Assembly (NCBI RefSeq): GCF_036321535.1
Contig: NC_087437.1
Coordinates: 60,452,001 to 60,516,000 of the forward strand
Length of the DNA: 64,000 bases
Source of the DNA: Camelus dromedarius
Lineage: Eukaryota
Direction: 5' to 3'
The notes below the pieces were generated by a model. The model did no database searches and was not told the DNA's origin. It saw only the letters and a program-made list of their open reading frames with translations. Shown here piece by piece: positions 37,894 to 52,318 of this stretch. Within the stretch, counting starts at the first letter, position 1; each line of letters opens with the position of its first letter. A program made the translations under genes and the position numbers.

Positions 37894-40800
37894 TGTCTCT
37901 TGTAACTTTTTTCATTTAGATTCTATTTTGTCTAATATTAGTGTAGTCACTCCTGGCTTTTGTTTACCATTTGCATGGAATATGTTTTTCCATTCTTTCA
38001 CTTTTAACCTGCTTGTGTCTTTGGATCACAAGGGAGTCTCTTGTAGGCATCGTATGATTGGGACATGTGTTTTTATCCATTCTTTCAATTTTTTTTGATT
38101 GAGGAGTTTAATCCATTTACTTTTAAAGTAATTCCTGATAAGGAGGGGCTTCTTTCATTTTGCTATTTGTTTTCTGTATTCCTTATAAATTATAAATTCC
38201 TTCCTAAATTACTGTCTTGGTTTTTATTTGGTTGATTTTTTTGTAGTGGAATGTTTAAATTCCTTTATCATTTCCTTTTGTGTATATTCTTTGGCTATTT
38301 TTTCTGTGGTTACTATAGAGATTATATTGACTATCCCAAAATTGTAACACTCTAATTTGAATTTATACCAGCTTAACTTCAATAATATACAAAAACTCTG
38401 CTCTTTTTAACAGTTCCATCCCCACCCCTTTCAGTTGTTAATGTCACAAAATTACATCTTTATACATTGTAGGTAGAAGAACATAAGCTAATAAATTTTA
38501 AATGCATTTGTCTTTTAAATTATGTAGAAAACAAGTGTAGAATTACAAAGCAAAGTTACTACAATACTAGCTTTTGGACTGATAATTGATTTTAGTTATT
38601 TACTAATGTTGGCTTTACTTCTCTACTAGTAATTAGCTTTTAGACTAATTTTTAAAATATAATTTAAAATATTAGTCTCTTAAATCATGTAGATGACAAA
38701 AAAATTGTTACAAACCATTGTTACAATAATACTAGCTTTTTTGTATATATCCTTATCAAAATCTTTATTTCTTCAAACATCTTGAGTTATTGTCTTGTCT
38801 CCTTTCATTTCAACCTGCAGGGTTCCCTTTAGTATTTCTTTCATGGCCAGTCTATTGGTAATGATCTCCTTTAGCTTTTGTTTATCTGGGAATGTCTTAA
38901 TTTCTCCCTCATAGTTGAAGGATAATTTTGCCAGGTACAGGGTTCTTAGTTGACAGTGTTTTTCTTTTAGCACTTTGAATATACCACCCCACTGCTTTCT
39001 TATCTCTAGAGTTTCTAATGAGAAATCTGTTGTTAGTCTTATTGAGGATGACTTACATACTGAGCCACTTTTTCTTGCTGCTTTCATAATTTCCTTTGTC
39101 TTTCAGCAGTTTGATTATATGTCTGAGTGTGAATCTCTTTGAGTTCACCCTACCTTGAGTTTGTTAAACTTTTTTAGATGTTTATAGTCATATCTTTCAT
39201 CAAATTTGGGAATGTTATAGTCATTATTTCTTCACATATTCTCTCTGCCCCTTGATCTCGCTCTCCTTTTTCTTGGACTCCCACAGTGTGTATGTTGGTC
39301 TGCTTAATAATGACCCACAAGTCATTAGACTCTGCTCACTTTTCTTCTGCCTTTTCTTTCTGTTCTCAGACTTAATAATTTATGTTGTCCGTCTTAAAAA
39401 GTTCCCTGATTCTTTTCCCTGCTCAAATCTGCCTTTGAATCACTCCAACGAATTTTTCATTTCAGTTATTAATACTTTTCAGAATTTTCTTGTTTTCTCT
39501 TTTAGGCTTTTTATCTTCTGTTGTTTTTTCCATTTTGTTCTTATGTCATTTTTCTTCACTTTGTTCCTCTTGTCTTTTAGTTCTTTGGATATCTTTAATA
39601 TAGTTTTAAATAATTTTTCTAGTGGATATGCCAGCAGCTCTTTTTGAGAGTATTTTTTTCCTGCTGTTTTGAATTGGTCATATGTTCCTGTTTCTTTGCA
39701 TGACTTGTGATTTTTGTTGTTGTTATTGAAAATGAAAAGTTTGAATCTTATGAGTTCTCTGGAAATCAGATTCTCTTCTTTCCTAGAGTTTACTGGGGTT
39801 TGGGGGGTTTTTGTTTTGGTTTGGTTTGGTTTTGGTTTTTTGATTGCTGTAGGCTATTTCTCTGCTGAAAATCAGCCTATGATATAACCTTAAGGTCTTC
39901 TCAGGTTTTTTTCTGTGCCTGCACCTTCTCCAGGCATACACAGTGACTTTCTAATTTCCCTCATATATGTGGTTGCTTTTGAATATTCTAATCTTCAGTG
40001 TCTGGCTCTCAAAAGGGGAAAAAGAGAAAAAATGAAATTGTGGGAGGAGGTGCTTGCTCTTTAAATCTCCTGGAAGTCACTTTAGCCAGAGGGGGAGGGA
40101 TTACATCAATTGAGGGAGGTTCAACAACAGTGGCTACTGCCTCTTTGCACCTCCATGATCAGAAGCAGCAATCAAAGCACAGATTCCCTATATTTGGAGG
40201 ACAGAATCTTTTTTTTCCACCCACCCCTTTCCCCACTCCTGGCTTGTGCAAGCTTTGTGCCAGCTGCTCCAGAAACACTTGCACAGCTATTGGTAACAGG
40301 GCTGAGGGGTGGGAATTGAGTAGCTGCTACTGTGCTAAGAGCTGAAATTGACTGGATGAACCACAATTTGCCGCCTAATACTTCCCTTGGAAGTTCCAGG
40401 CCTTCAACAGACTACAGAATTCCAAAATAGTTACATCACACTGGCAGTTGCATTCTGCCAGTGCAATTGTTACCTAGGTGAAGAGACAAATTTGTGGGTC
40501 TTGTTCTGCCATCTTCCCAGAATTCATCCTATTTGTTTTTACAGTCATTTTAACTTGCAGCGTTCACCTAAGTGATAGCATTTAACTTTTAATGCAGTGT
40601 GTCTCAAATTAGAATCCAAGATGTACTTTCTGGGGTTTGTGAGTTCTGCATTTGAAAAACGCTTGTTTATAATTTAGTAGGGGAGAAAGAGCAAGACAGT
40701 AAACCAATAACATAATGAAACTTTGATAAATGCTAAGAAGGAGAAATACAGTGTACAGCCTAAAAGCATTTTCTGAACTCCTAATTTTGGCCTATTAAAT

Positions 40801-42026
40801 AACTAGATCTTAGAATTATTTTAACACAAATGTTTTAAAATATAATATTGCCCTCTGAAATGATATAAGAACGTTGCAGTACGTTACAGCAACAGACCCT
40901 GTGAGGCCTTTTATTAACTAAATAAAGTAGTAAAAGTTGGATGAGCAGAATTATGTTTACGTCTTGTTACTAATACTTTGGTCAGATTCTTTAGAGATTT
41001 GTTAGCTTCTCTTTCAGGTATATCCCTCCCCTTTACTAACTACCCCCCATTTCTAAGTGAAATATAGGACTTCATTATTTTCTAAGTTAAAACATGTACA
41101 ATGTTATGTATTGTTAGTAAATAATAGATTAGCAGTAGATTTCTGTGGTTTACAACGTATTTTCTTTTATGTTACTTTACTGGGTCCTCACACAGTCCTC
41201 ATGGCTAAAGGCATGTTTTGCAGTCTCTTTATAGATGGAGAAAATAAATTTCAATAACCCTTGTGATTTACTTGTACATTCAAAGCCACTGAATGATAGA
41301 GTGAGGTAGAGAGATCTAGAACTATTTCATAAGTGTCATTTAAACTGAGGTGCAGAGAAGGGTTTTTCTTCATTGGAAATAACTTTCACGTAGATTCTTC
41401 TCAAGTCTTGTTGCTGTTGTTTAAATTCTTCCCTAAGTAAAGCAGATAATTCTGTGTTACCTGTTCTGCTGCCCTCTGTCCTGGTTACAGATCCCAAGGT
41501 AGTAAGCTAGCCAGATTTGCTACTGATTTTTAGTGTCCTTTACTTCAGCTGTCTGAAAGTAGCAGATTCCATGGCCAAACTTTTATGTATCTCTTCCTTC
41601 AGAAGTAGCCTATTCTTCAGATTTGGTGCTAGAGTATTGTCTCTTTCTGAGTTGTGCATCATACCCTCCAAGCCTTTTGTGTTGCCCCATTCCTGCCACC
41701 TCCGAATTTAAGGGGAATGGAGTACTACTTTGTCAGATACCATTTCTGTATGCTGTAATAAAAGAATTTGGAAGATCTCAAGTTAGTAAGTCAGGGTGTA
41801 ATGTATTCCACAGTAAATGTTTTAATTTTCTACCTGCTAACAGTCTTAAATACTTTTATCATTTTGGGTGGCTAAACTTGAGGTCATCACATCATACCTC
41901 TTGAGCTTCACTTATATAGGCTGTTATTTTAGGCCGTATTTTGTGACATGTCTTTTAAAAATTGCTAGGTTGTCTTATCCTGACTTTAGGGGTTTTTGTT
42001 TTTGTGTATGTGTGTGGTTGTGTTTT

Positions 42027-42107
42027 TCTGTAGCAGAGAAAGGTTTATTGCAGGGCCAAGCAAAGAAAATGGGCCGCTTGTGCTCAAAAGAGCTGAATTC
42101 CTCCTGA
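42027..42107 (-). mobile_element. Short ERV LTR fragment
   Basis: gcagagaaaggtttattgcagggccaagcaaag...gctcaaaag resembles cetartiodactyl LTR sequence, with AATAAA on the minus strand. Confidence 0.45.
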
Positions 42108-43254
42108 CATTAGTTTTAACTGAAATTCTTACTTAATCCCCAATGTGAACATTCCTGGTTTTTGTTCAATTTCAAGTCCCTTAATCCCATGGTTTCCCTT
42201 CAAGTATGATCATTCACTCATATTAATTCCAACATACATCTACAAATTAACTTATTGTACATATGTTAGTTACCTCATCATATCTATTAAGTCAGAATTA
42301 TAAATTCTTTTTATTAGTCTGTATTATTCTTTATTCAGAACTGAACTTTAAAACTGAAATTAATTTTATGACATGAATGCTAATATCTTAATAGCAACTC
42401 TAACCTATATTTCACAACTGCCTTAGTTATTAACCTCTCACACTAAGTACTTGACTCAATATAATTGTTTTGCCGTATTTTATGATTGCTGTATTTTATG
42501 AAAAAATTCAAAAATCCTCAAATGTAAAGGGAGTAGTACATTGAATTCCCATGTATACTTATCACCCAAGTACAAAAGCCTTCAACTCATGCACTCTTTT
42601 ATGAACCATAACCCCTCCTTCTAACCTCTCATTGTCATTGTTTTAGTTTGAAGTAGATTTAACACTTTGTATCATTTCATTTCTATGTATTTCAAATATC
42701 ACATAGATCTTTCTATGACTAAAATCAAGATAACTTGTATACAGTGATGATGAGTTCGTGATCATGAGCAGAGCTATATTGTGATAATTTTAGTATAAAT
42801 TTGATTTTGATAAAAAACCAACTTTTTCCACTATTTTTGGTAATAAATGAGCAGAGGGGACCAAATGGTTTTCTTGCCATAATTTTTGAAGAATGTAACT
42901 TCTTTGTAACTTTAAATAGCCTTATTCTTTCTTGCCCACCTCTGTAATTGCTTAAGCAAAATAAGATGAAGTTGTACCATTAATTTTTTAATGAATTAAA
43001 ATATTATCAATTTGCAGAATCTCAATATGTCATTGGAAAAGGAACAATTTCAAATATTTGTAAAATCTCAAATGTTTTGACTCGCTATACTTAAATAGCT
43101 ATCTCACAAATGGTATTTTTACCTATTAGGTTTGGTTTTCACTGAGTTGTTTGAAAATAGACTATTATATTCAAAGGTATATATAGTAGTTATGCACATA
43201 AAGTAGTTAATGTCATGTTTATATTTAATAAAATATTCCCTATTCACTTTTGTT

Positions 43255-43392
43255 TGTTTTTTCAGGTTTTTTAATTGTTTCAGCTGTACAGCAGTGATTC
43301 AGTTATATATTTTTTTTCAGATTATTTTCCACTATAGTTTATTAAAAGATACTGAATATAGTTCCCTGTGTTATACAGCATATCCTTGTTCC
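43255..43392 (-). mobile_element. Short L1 3'UTR fragment
   Basis: gtacagcagtgattcagttata...gatactgaatatagttccctgtgttatacag is similar to the copies at 35962, 37760, 45296 and 58337. Confidence 0.7.
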
Positions 43393-44524
43393 TACTCATT
43401 TTTAACTTGCTGCTTCCTGTAGCTCAGATGCATACTGTACAATTATTTAAGCATGTAAACGTATTGTCTTTAGCATTTTATCATTTGATCATACAGATCT
43501 AGTACTTGCTGAAAATAATATAAAACATTTGAATATCCATCTGTTAGAAAAGCCCTTATGCTTGGAAGAAAATGGTTATTTTGTATATAATGTTTCTTTC
43601 ATGCAACTTTTATGTCTGATTATTTAGTTAATGGAATAGAAGAAGTGTTAATGCTTATAAACATATCTTAAACTTTACTTAAAGGATAATCATCTTTTTG
43701 ATTCTCTGAAAATGTCATTTGACTTTGTACTTTTATGCTCTTAAATATACAGAAGAAAGATAATTTTAAAAGGAATAACATCAGTCTTCTGGTATGGTCT
43801 GGTATGTTTTTTGTTTGGTATTAATTGTGTTTTATTCTTTAAACTTAATTGCACCTACTTAATAGACCAAGCTGTTTTCAGTCGAATTAGACCTATGTTA
43901 TTCTACTTGGTTTTTTGTTTTGTTTTGCTTTTTGACCATTATTGATTTGTGAGTGGTCTAGAATAACAGATGGAAAGCAGTCATTGTAGTTGATCATAAT
44001 TGATGGCTTTTACATTGAGTATGTTTCCAGTATTCTGTTAAGTTTGGAATTGATTTCTTTGTATGGCTTTTGTGTGTGGGGGTGTGTGGGTGTTTAAACA
44101 GAGTTCGGTGTGGGTCAGAATTTTTTTTTTCTGGATGATAAAATGATTGGACTCTTCATGGGATCCTTGACACTAGAATAGCAAATGAATTCTAAGCAAT
44201 TTGCAGTTATTTGTTATACTAGAGAATATTTGTGGATTTTCTGAGAAGGCTTGGTAACTTCTTTGCAAATCTTAAGAAAATTGTGTCTGATTTAGCAGAA
44301 GTAATCATTTATTTCTCAAAAGCAAGTATCACTTAACTGCCTATACCTAATTCTTCCATTGGTGCTAGAAACCGTATGCATTGTTTAACATGTGGAAAGT
44401 TTATGTAAAATTATAATTTTAAGAAATAGCAGATCTTTCATATGTTTCTAACATTTGTGAATGTTAATGTGTAATATGTGAATTCTCATATTAAGCCTAA
44501 CACATTTACAATTCTTTCTTTAAG

Positions 44525-44578
44525 GCAAATCCTCCTCCAGTACTGGTCAACACAGATAGCTTGGAAACATCAACTTAC
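44525..44578 (+). CDS. DLG1: DLG1 exon I1B (ANPPPVLVNTDSLETSTY), 54 nt
   Basis: Branch-like cctaac near 44495-44500, pyrimidine tract, AG at 44523-44524, donor GTAAGT at 44579. Phase 0-0. Confidence 0.96.
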
Positions 44579-45295
44579 GTAAGTTCCACTCCTCCCCACA
44601 TTTAAATAATTCTGTTTTTCCTGTTTAGGTTTTGAAACAGGTACAAAGATCACAGAATTATTTTCTCTAATGCATTATAAATATAATATTCTATCACTGA
44701 GCTGTAATTACTAAAGTAAATGAAGCAATTTTGTCCATTTTTGGTTGGTTTTTTCTATACTTGTACAAAGCAGAAATGTTGAAATAGAGATTTATGGTTT
44801 TATTTTTAAATTAAAATGAATAACTTTCACTAAAGGCTGTCTCTGGCCAGTGGTCATTTACACAATGCCATATGTTCAGAATCATTTTTGAAGTCTAATT
44901 GGGTGACTAGATTTAGTGACCAGGTTTATATGTGTGTTCACATGTTAAAATAATTAGTTATAATTTTATGACTTTAAGTTGATTAGTGCTTGTCTCTAAA
45001 CTTATTTTGTTTAAAAAAACAAAACAAAACTTCCTCCCTTAAAGTAAGTAGCCAGAACAACAGAATCTAACATTTTTCACCCCAAGGTAAAATATCTTTG
45101 GAGATGTTTTAGAAGTAGTGCCTGCACTGTTTTAAAAAGTCAAATGGTACATAATATGGTAGACTGTAAAAATCTTTTTCTTCTATTTTCGAATTGTAGT
45201 TAATTTCAGTCTGTGCTTTAAAACATTTTACTTGGCTTTTTATTCTGTTTTATTTATATGATATATCAAATTTGGGGGAACTTTTTATATTCTTA

Positions 45296-45420
45296 TTTTT
45301 TACTGAAGTATAGTCTATTTACAATATCAGTTTCATGTGTACAGCAAGCAATTCAGTTATACTTACACATACATATTTTTTTTCAGATTCTTTTCCATTA
45401 CAGCTCACTACAAGAAATTG
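45296..45420 (-). mobile_element. Short L1 3' tail
   Basis: tttttactgaagtatagtctatttacaatatcagtttc..., the same family as above. Confidence 0.75.
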
Positions 45421-45816
45421 GGGGGATTTTTGAAAACTTCAAATAATAATACGTAATACGAACCAAAAATACTCTTTGCAGGCAATGTCACCTTTCACAC
45501 TGATACAGAATACTTAAGCAGAATTTTGTTTGTTCTTCTGTCAATATTTTCTTCTTCACATTTCTTTCTCTCTCACTGTTTTCTTCTGTTGACTTATGTT
45601 TTGCTTAAGGGCAGAGTCGGTCATTAAATATTTTGATTTTAAAACCCTTTCAACTGAAAGGTTAATATAGAAGAAAATGATATCAAAGAAAATAAATACA
45701 CATGCATTTTAGCAGAAATATCAACAAATTAAAAGCAAGATTTCCATAGAAGCAGCCAACTTAGAGTAAAAGTTGTTTAATTTCAGGTTTGTATGACATG
45801 TTATTAAAAAAAAAAT

Positions 45817-46364
45817 GTTCCTGCTGAGCAAGATATGCTGGGGCCACTATCCATATTGGGAGATTTGCTAAGACCCACAAGGCTCAGAATATAGTACTCA
45901 TGGATAAGATTTATTACAGCCATGTGATAAGTCACGGATAAGTTGGGATCTACAGTCAGATTACAGGGCTGTATGTCTAGAGGAATCCATGTTTAGGTTT
46001 CCTTCCACTTTCTTCCTCCCAAGATGGGTCACACCAAATGCTCTTTTCCCCAGCAATGAAAATGCAACAACATGTATGCAGTTTTTCTGCCCAAGGAAGC
46101 CCATTATGGACTCCAGTTGAAGTTGTTTATTGGTTGTTGGTCACATAGGCACCCTCTGTCCAGCACATACCAAATTTCCAAGCTCCCAGAAGGAAAGCAG
46201 GTGTTCAGCAAAAAATGCATTGTCTCTGCAAAATCTAGCTATAGTAAATAACCTTTTCAGTTAGGGAATGATAGGAACACTGCCAAAATCAATTTCCCAA
46301 ATGCCTGCTTAAACTCTTCTAGAGATAGAGCCTTAGGCCTGATGTATTAACCCTTTTCTTTACA
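45817..46364. mobile_element. MER21-like solo LTR
   Basis: ctcagaatatagtactcatggataagatttattacagc ... ccagaaggaaagcaggtgttcagc ... ends aggcctgatgtattaacccttttctttaca. Confidence 0.7.
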
Positions 46365-47197
46365 TAAGGAAATAAGATAAATTCCAATTACTTTAAGCAA
46401 GGTTTGTCAGAGTGTGCTACTTTATCATTCTTAAAGAACACTTTGTGAAATATTTAAGTAGTAACTATTCTTTATGACTATTTAGTTTAATTCTGAAACT
46501 TAAAATATATCCCTGAATGGTTTTCAAACTTACTATTCCTTTGTTAATTCCTGATCATTTAATACTAGCTATGTATCAATGAATAAAAATAAAAATTGCA
46601 GCTGTTGCCTTAGAACACGTTTTTTTTCCTGACTGTCATCACCACACTTCCCAAAATTAAGTAATTATTGAACAAGGTAATGCATATACATTGTACAAAA
46701 TTTTAAATAGATAAAAGTGTATCTGGTGAAAAGTGAATCTTTCTTCCACCCCTGCTCCCAGTCTTCCAGTTCGTCTTGCCCAAGGCGTTAAGTGTTAGTA
46801 ATTTTGTGTATATATTTATATCCTTCTATAAACATTCTGTGCAAATGCAAGCATATGTGTTGTTTTTAAACTTTTACCATATAAAAATCAATGCCCTACT
46901 GATAATTTTTGTATACTTTTCTGTGTATATGCAGCTGTATAATCAGAATATATTCATATGCATAGATTGCTCAGTGTGTCAAGTTTTAGATTTGATCATT
47001 ATTGCTAAGTCACACCTCATAGAGTTATACCCATTTATACTTCAACAAAAATTATCAATATTTTTACCCCCCACTAGCATGATGTGTTAATAAACTTTTT
47101 ATCTTTTGTTGGCATAATGTTTAAAATGGATTAGCTCATTGTTTCAACTTGAATTTGTATTATATCTTTCCTTTTTCAGCTGTTTCACCTTAGAAAA

Positions 47198-48195
47198 ATT
47201 TTTTTCTTGAGATATTTACATACCACAAAATCTACTCTTTTAAAGTGTGCAATTCAGTGATTTTAGTTATTCACATCATTGTGCCATCACCACCACTTTC
47301 AAATTTCCAGAACATTTTCATCACCTTGTAAGGAAACCCTGTACCCATTAGTAGTCACTCCTCATTCTGCCCTTACCTCATCCCCTGGCAACCACTATCT
47401 ACTTTCTGTCTCTTTGGCTTTGTCCATTCATGTAAATGGAATTATACAATATGTGGCCTTTTGTGTCTGGCTTCTTTCACTTAGCATAATGTTTTCAAGG
47501 TTCACCTATGTTGTAGCATGTCAGAACTTCATTCCTTTTTATGGCTGAATTATTTTTCATTATATGTACACACCACATTTTGTTTATTCATCCTTCTCTT
47601 GACAGACTCTTGGGTCATTTCCACTTTTGGATATTATGAATAATGCTGTGGTAAGCATTGGTAGACAAGTATATGGGGATTAATGTCATATTATCAATAT
47701 TATGTCTTTCAGTCCACAAACACAGACTGTCTTTCCATTCATTTACATCTTTAATTCTGTTAATAATGTTTTATAATTTTCAGTGTACATGTCTTACACT
47801 TCTTCTGTTAAATTTATTCCTAAGTATTTTATTCTTTTAATGCTATTGTAAATGGAGTTCTTTTCATGATTTTATTAGGGATTTTTCATTACTAGTGTAT
47901 AGGAATATAATGAATTTGGGGGTATGACCTTCTATCCTGCAATGTTAATAAACTCTTTTAGCTCTAATGGTTTTTTGTGTGTACATTCCTTTGGATTTTC
48001 TATGTAAGATCATGTTCTACAAACAAAGATAGTTTTACTTATTCTTTTCCAATCAGGATGCCTTTTAGTTATTTTTCTTGCTTAATTCCCCTGGCTTGAA
48101 CCTCCATTAAAATGTTTAATAGAAGTTGCTTTTGCAACTAGTTTTGTTCCTGATCCTTGGGAGAAAACATTCAGTCTTTTACCATTAAGTATGAT
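47198..48195 (-). mobile_element. L1MB-like fragment with internal deletion, antisense
   Basis: The 3'UTR text jumps near 47655 to RT-region text paralleling 34700-35210. Confidence 0.8.
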
Positions 48196-48219
48196 ATATT
48201 ATACTCAATTTTAAGTATT

Positions 48220-48298
48220 AATCCACTACGCTGTACACCAGAAACTAACACAACATTGTAAATCAACTATACTTCAGTTAAAAAATAATAATAATAAA
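48220..48298 (+). mobile_element. Short L1 3' tail, sense
   Basis: gctgtacaccagaaactaacacaacattgtaaatcaactatacttcagtt followed by an aaaaaataataataataaa tail. Confidence 0.8.
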
Positions 48299-49512
48299 GT
48301 ATTAATTGAGGTTATAACTTCATTGTCATTGGATTTGAATCTCTCTCTGTTCAGGCCTGTTCCTTTCCTAAACAGTAGAATGTTAAGGGAAGGCAAAATT
48401 AAAAGCAAAAATTCTAGAGTTCTTACTGGTCCAGTAATGAGATAGAAATGAAGTAATTTGTTGAAATAATTCCCATCTGTTCCTCTATCCTTATTTTCCT
48501 TATGACAGACCATGAAGAGTGATGGTTAGGAAAATTTAATTTTGCTTTGGAAACTTTCTATATACTGAAAGCTTCAGCATGTGTAGTGTAATTGATGACT
48601 GCAGTATTTTAAAATTTAGCTTAATGGCTGTTCATTATTTAGGGAAATTTTTTAATTCTTTGGGGGTTAATACTTTATATTTAGTAATGTTCGTATTTCA
48701 TTAGGAAGAAAATTTTCTTCTCTCAAATACATTTTTATTTTTAGATTCTTACCTTATGGTGGTATAGACTTTGAGGTTTTTAATTGCCTGAGATTATGCA
48801 TTAATAGTCATATGAATGTTGATAAATAAAATCTTGAATTTCATTATATTACTCTATAGTTAGAACCTAAATTGCACCTAAATGACAGGGAATTAATAAA
48901 TTAGACTTCTTTTTATCTTCCTTTAAACAATCTTATACCTATTATGTATTAGGATCTGTGTGTCCTGTTTGGATATATTAGTGCAGGCTGTTTAGAAAAT
49001 TAAAATCTTTGGGAATAAGGGACTGAGGATATATGTATTATAAATTTTCTTCTGCTTCTTTATGGCATGTTATCCATAACTAAAGCAAATCATATTTTTT
49101 AGAAAGCTTATACAACTTAAAAGTTACACAATAAATGCTATTCCAATATACTAGCAACAACCATTTGAAAATGAGTCCATTAATTCTATCAACAAAAATA
49201 CAAAATACCTAGCAATTAGCTTAATAGGAAATGTATAGAGTTTGTAGTAAGAAAACTACACAGCTTTACTGATGGCGTAAGAGAATACCTGAGTAAGTAC
49301 AGAAGAGAATTTGTTGCTGAACAGGAAGATAAAGTTGAGGTCATAATTTTTCCAAGATTAATGTATAAATTTGGTATAGTGCCAAGCATAGCACCAAAAA
49401 AGAGAATGTGTGTTTCAGGTCAGGGGAGGAGAGAGGAAAGGGAGGCAGAAGGAGGAGAGACAATGTGTGTGTGTGTTTTGGAGGGATAGAGTTGGACTTA
49501 ATGATTCATCTA

Positions 49513-49731
49513 GAGCTGTGCCATCCAAAAATAGTAGCCACTAGCCACATGTTGGTGTTTAAATTTAATTTAAATTGATTAAAATTCAATAAAATTTAAA
49601 ATATAGTTTCTCTGTTGCACTGGTCACAATTTAAGCAGTCAGTAACCATATGTAGATAGTAACTCCTACATTAGACAAGGTAGATTATATTACATTTTCA
49701 TCATCACAGAAACTTCTTTTGGACAGTGTTC
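49513..49731. mobile_element. MER3/MER33-like hAT DNA element
   Basis: tagtagccactagccacatg ... catcatcacagaaacttcttttggacagtg. It interrupts an old sense L1 remnant. Confidence 0.8.
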
Positions 49732-51779
49732 ATATAGAAAAGTTAAAAACTCAAGAATAACTAAGTAAAATTTAAAAGAAAAGTATTGTGGGTGATTTCC
49801 CTACCAGATAATAAGACATATTATAAAACATAATTTAGTTAAGGTAGCTCAGTTCTGGTCCCAAACCAGATTAGATAAGTGGAATAAAACTCACCTTTGC
49901 TATATGTTATATAATCTGTTTTTTTTTTTTTTTCTCTGATCAAGTTTATTATAGATCAGCTGTTCTTAGTTCTTAGTTATGGCTTTATGAAGCTTTTTCC
50001 CCACTAAGATTAAGATTTTTTTTTTTAAATATTGAGGAATTTACCAGCTATTCTTAAATGTCTTTGGAATTTTTGCCTTTTACCCAAAGTGTTGCCATAA
50101 CTTCTTTACCAGTTTACTTTTCTCTGGTTTTTCTCTATTTCTGTTATACTGCCACGGTTCTTTTTCTGGAAAATCTAGTAAACTTACTTGATGCTCAAAA
50201 CTTTCGAGAATGTTTTTCATTCATCAGGAAAGCATTCAAGACCTTTCACAATCAGGCCCCAGTCCACTTCTAGTTTCTTCTACAGCTTTCACCCTTCCCC
50301 CCCATACACAATACTGATTTGTTAATAGGACTACAAAACTAGGAAGTAATAGCAATGACAGTTCTCAAGAAGTGTTCTAAATCTATTTTCTGTTTTTAAA
50401 GGGAAAAAAACTCAGATGTCTTATCTGTAATATTTTATCTAAAAATTGTTCTTTCTTCTCTAATTTTATCTTTCACTTTATCCTGTTAATTGAGAGTAAT
50501 AAACCCAATAGCCAAGCATGTCTTTCCTTTTGGAAGCCACATTTTGTAAAGATACTATAAAAGGAAAACTAAGCAAACCAACCATTTTGTGGTTTTGCTG
50601 GAAGCCGTATTGTTTTTCAAAATATTACACCAACATTGGCTCTTTTTATTATTATTTTTTTTTACTTTTGCTTTAATGAAGTGATAATTTGTGGGTTTGG
50701 TAATGTGCTGTTGGCATTTAGAAGCCCAGTTTGAATGTGTTTAATGATGTTATTGAATTTTCTCTATACATGAAATTATCAGTTGCAAGTTATTGAAGGT
50801 TTAGGAATAAAGTCATTTGGGGTTCATATGGCCCTCTAACTTTTTATCTTTTTAAAATCACTCCATGCTACCTGTAATCCTTACCAGATATCAGTAAATC
50901 ATGAGTTGACATTAAGTGTCAGGGACATTTACTAAATACCTAGCTTTTGAGAAAGCTTAATGGTGGAAATCTTAAATTCCTTAAAGCAGAAATTATGAGG
51001 TCACAACACAAAAATTTTGCATATTAACACCAAAAGAGCTGTATAAGTACAGACTTGAAAATGTTTTCCAGAATAAAATTTCAGGCTTTTTAGAAATAAA
51101 CAAATGAACAAATATAGAGGCCAATGTGGCAGTTTTGGGATTTGGCCAAGCCATATGCTGAGAAAAATTTATTAACTTTAATGGGTGTTTTTAAAAATAG
51201 AAAAAAGTAATAAGCATAAATAACTGGGCATTCAATTTAGGAAGCTTTAAAAAGTCTAAAGAAAGAATTGATAAAAATAAAAGCAGAAAAATAACATAAA
51301 ATTTAATAAATTAACGATGTTAAAACTACTTCTTTGATAAAGACTGGTAGACTTTTAGCAAAAAAAAAATTAAAAATGGTACAAATAACCTTTAGAACAG
51401 GAACTGCAGATAAGGGTTTTATTTTTACTCATAAAAAGGAACTTCCAGTAAAGTTGGCAGGATATGCATATGTATAATCCTGCTGCACTGTACAGGCACA
51501 GAAAGCATAGATTAATATGTTTATTTATTTATTTATAACACATCATTTCAAAAACAAGAAAATCTCTTCAGGTTAAAAAGAAAATAAAACAAAGTAGCAA
51601 TTAGGTCTGAATCCATTAGAGCCATAAGAATTAAGAACCCAAAAAAGTAGTAGAGATGAGTTTCAAAAGCCCTCAAGAAAAGAACCCCTTACTCCTGAAT
51701 TGGATCTGAATTAGAGGTTGCTTTCTTATAGTATGGCAAAGAAAACAAAGTAGCTTACATAGATTTCATTATTCTGTTG

Positions 51780-52318
51780 TTTCATTATTCTGTTGCTGTA
51801 TAACAAATCACCTTGAAACTTAGTGGCTTAAAATTAATTCATTATTTCTGATGATTTTCTGGGTTAAGTGGATAGCTCTGCTTTACATGATCTTGAGTGG
51901 GGCACTGGAAAAGACTGGAAGATCCAAAATAAAATAGCCTCATTCACATGGCTAGCAGTTGGTGCTAGCTGCTGGTTAGAAGTGCACCTGGGGTTATTGG
52001 TCAGGGGTCTTGTTGCTCCTTCATTTGAATCTCCTCATAGGTACTTGAACTTCCTCACATTATAGCTTCTGGATTCTAAGAAAGTGCATTCTAAGACGAA
52101 GGCAAACAATACAAGGGCATCACATGACCTAGATTCAGAAACCACACAGCATTTTTTGTGCCACATTCTTTTTAACAGAGCTCATTTAGGATCTGCCTAG
52201 ATCCAAAGGAAGGGGAAATAGATAACATCGCTTGATGGTAGGATGGTTTAACCATATTGCAAAAGAGCATGTTAGCATGGAAGATAGGTAGCATCTAGAG
52301 AATGCAGTTTATCACAGT
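51780..52318. mobile_element. MLT1-type MaLR LTR
   Basis: ttgctgtataacaaatcaccttgaaacttagtggcttaaaa ... gatccaaaggaaggggaaatagat. Confidence 0.75.

Larger units (their letters stand above)
33110..40530 (-). mobile_element. Near-full-length decayed L1 (L1M/L1MB-type), antisense, with nested insertions
   Basis: Poly-T at 33110. Minus-strand remnants in the correct order: ORF2 C-terminus (34241-34441), endonuclease VGDFNDPL..SRIDHMLGHK (37373-37657), ORF1 IRLTTDFS..WGGIFKVLKEK (38773-39087). Many stops and frameshifts. The 5' boundary is approximate. Confidence 0.9.

Noticed and set aside
37373..39087. ORFs with endonuclease and ORF1 similarity as functional genes
   Set aside because: Short, stop- and frameshift-broken remnants of a dead L1.
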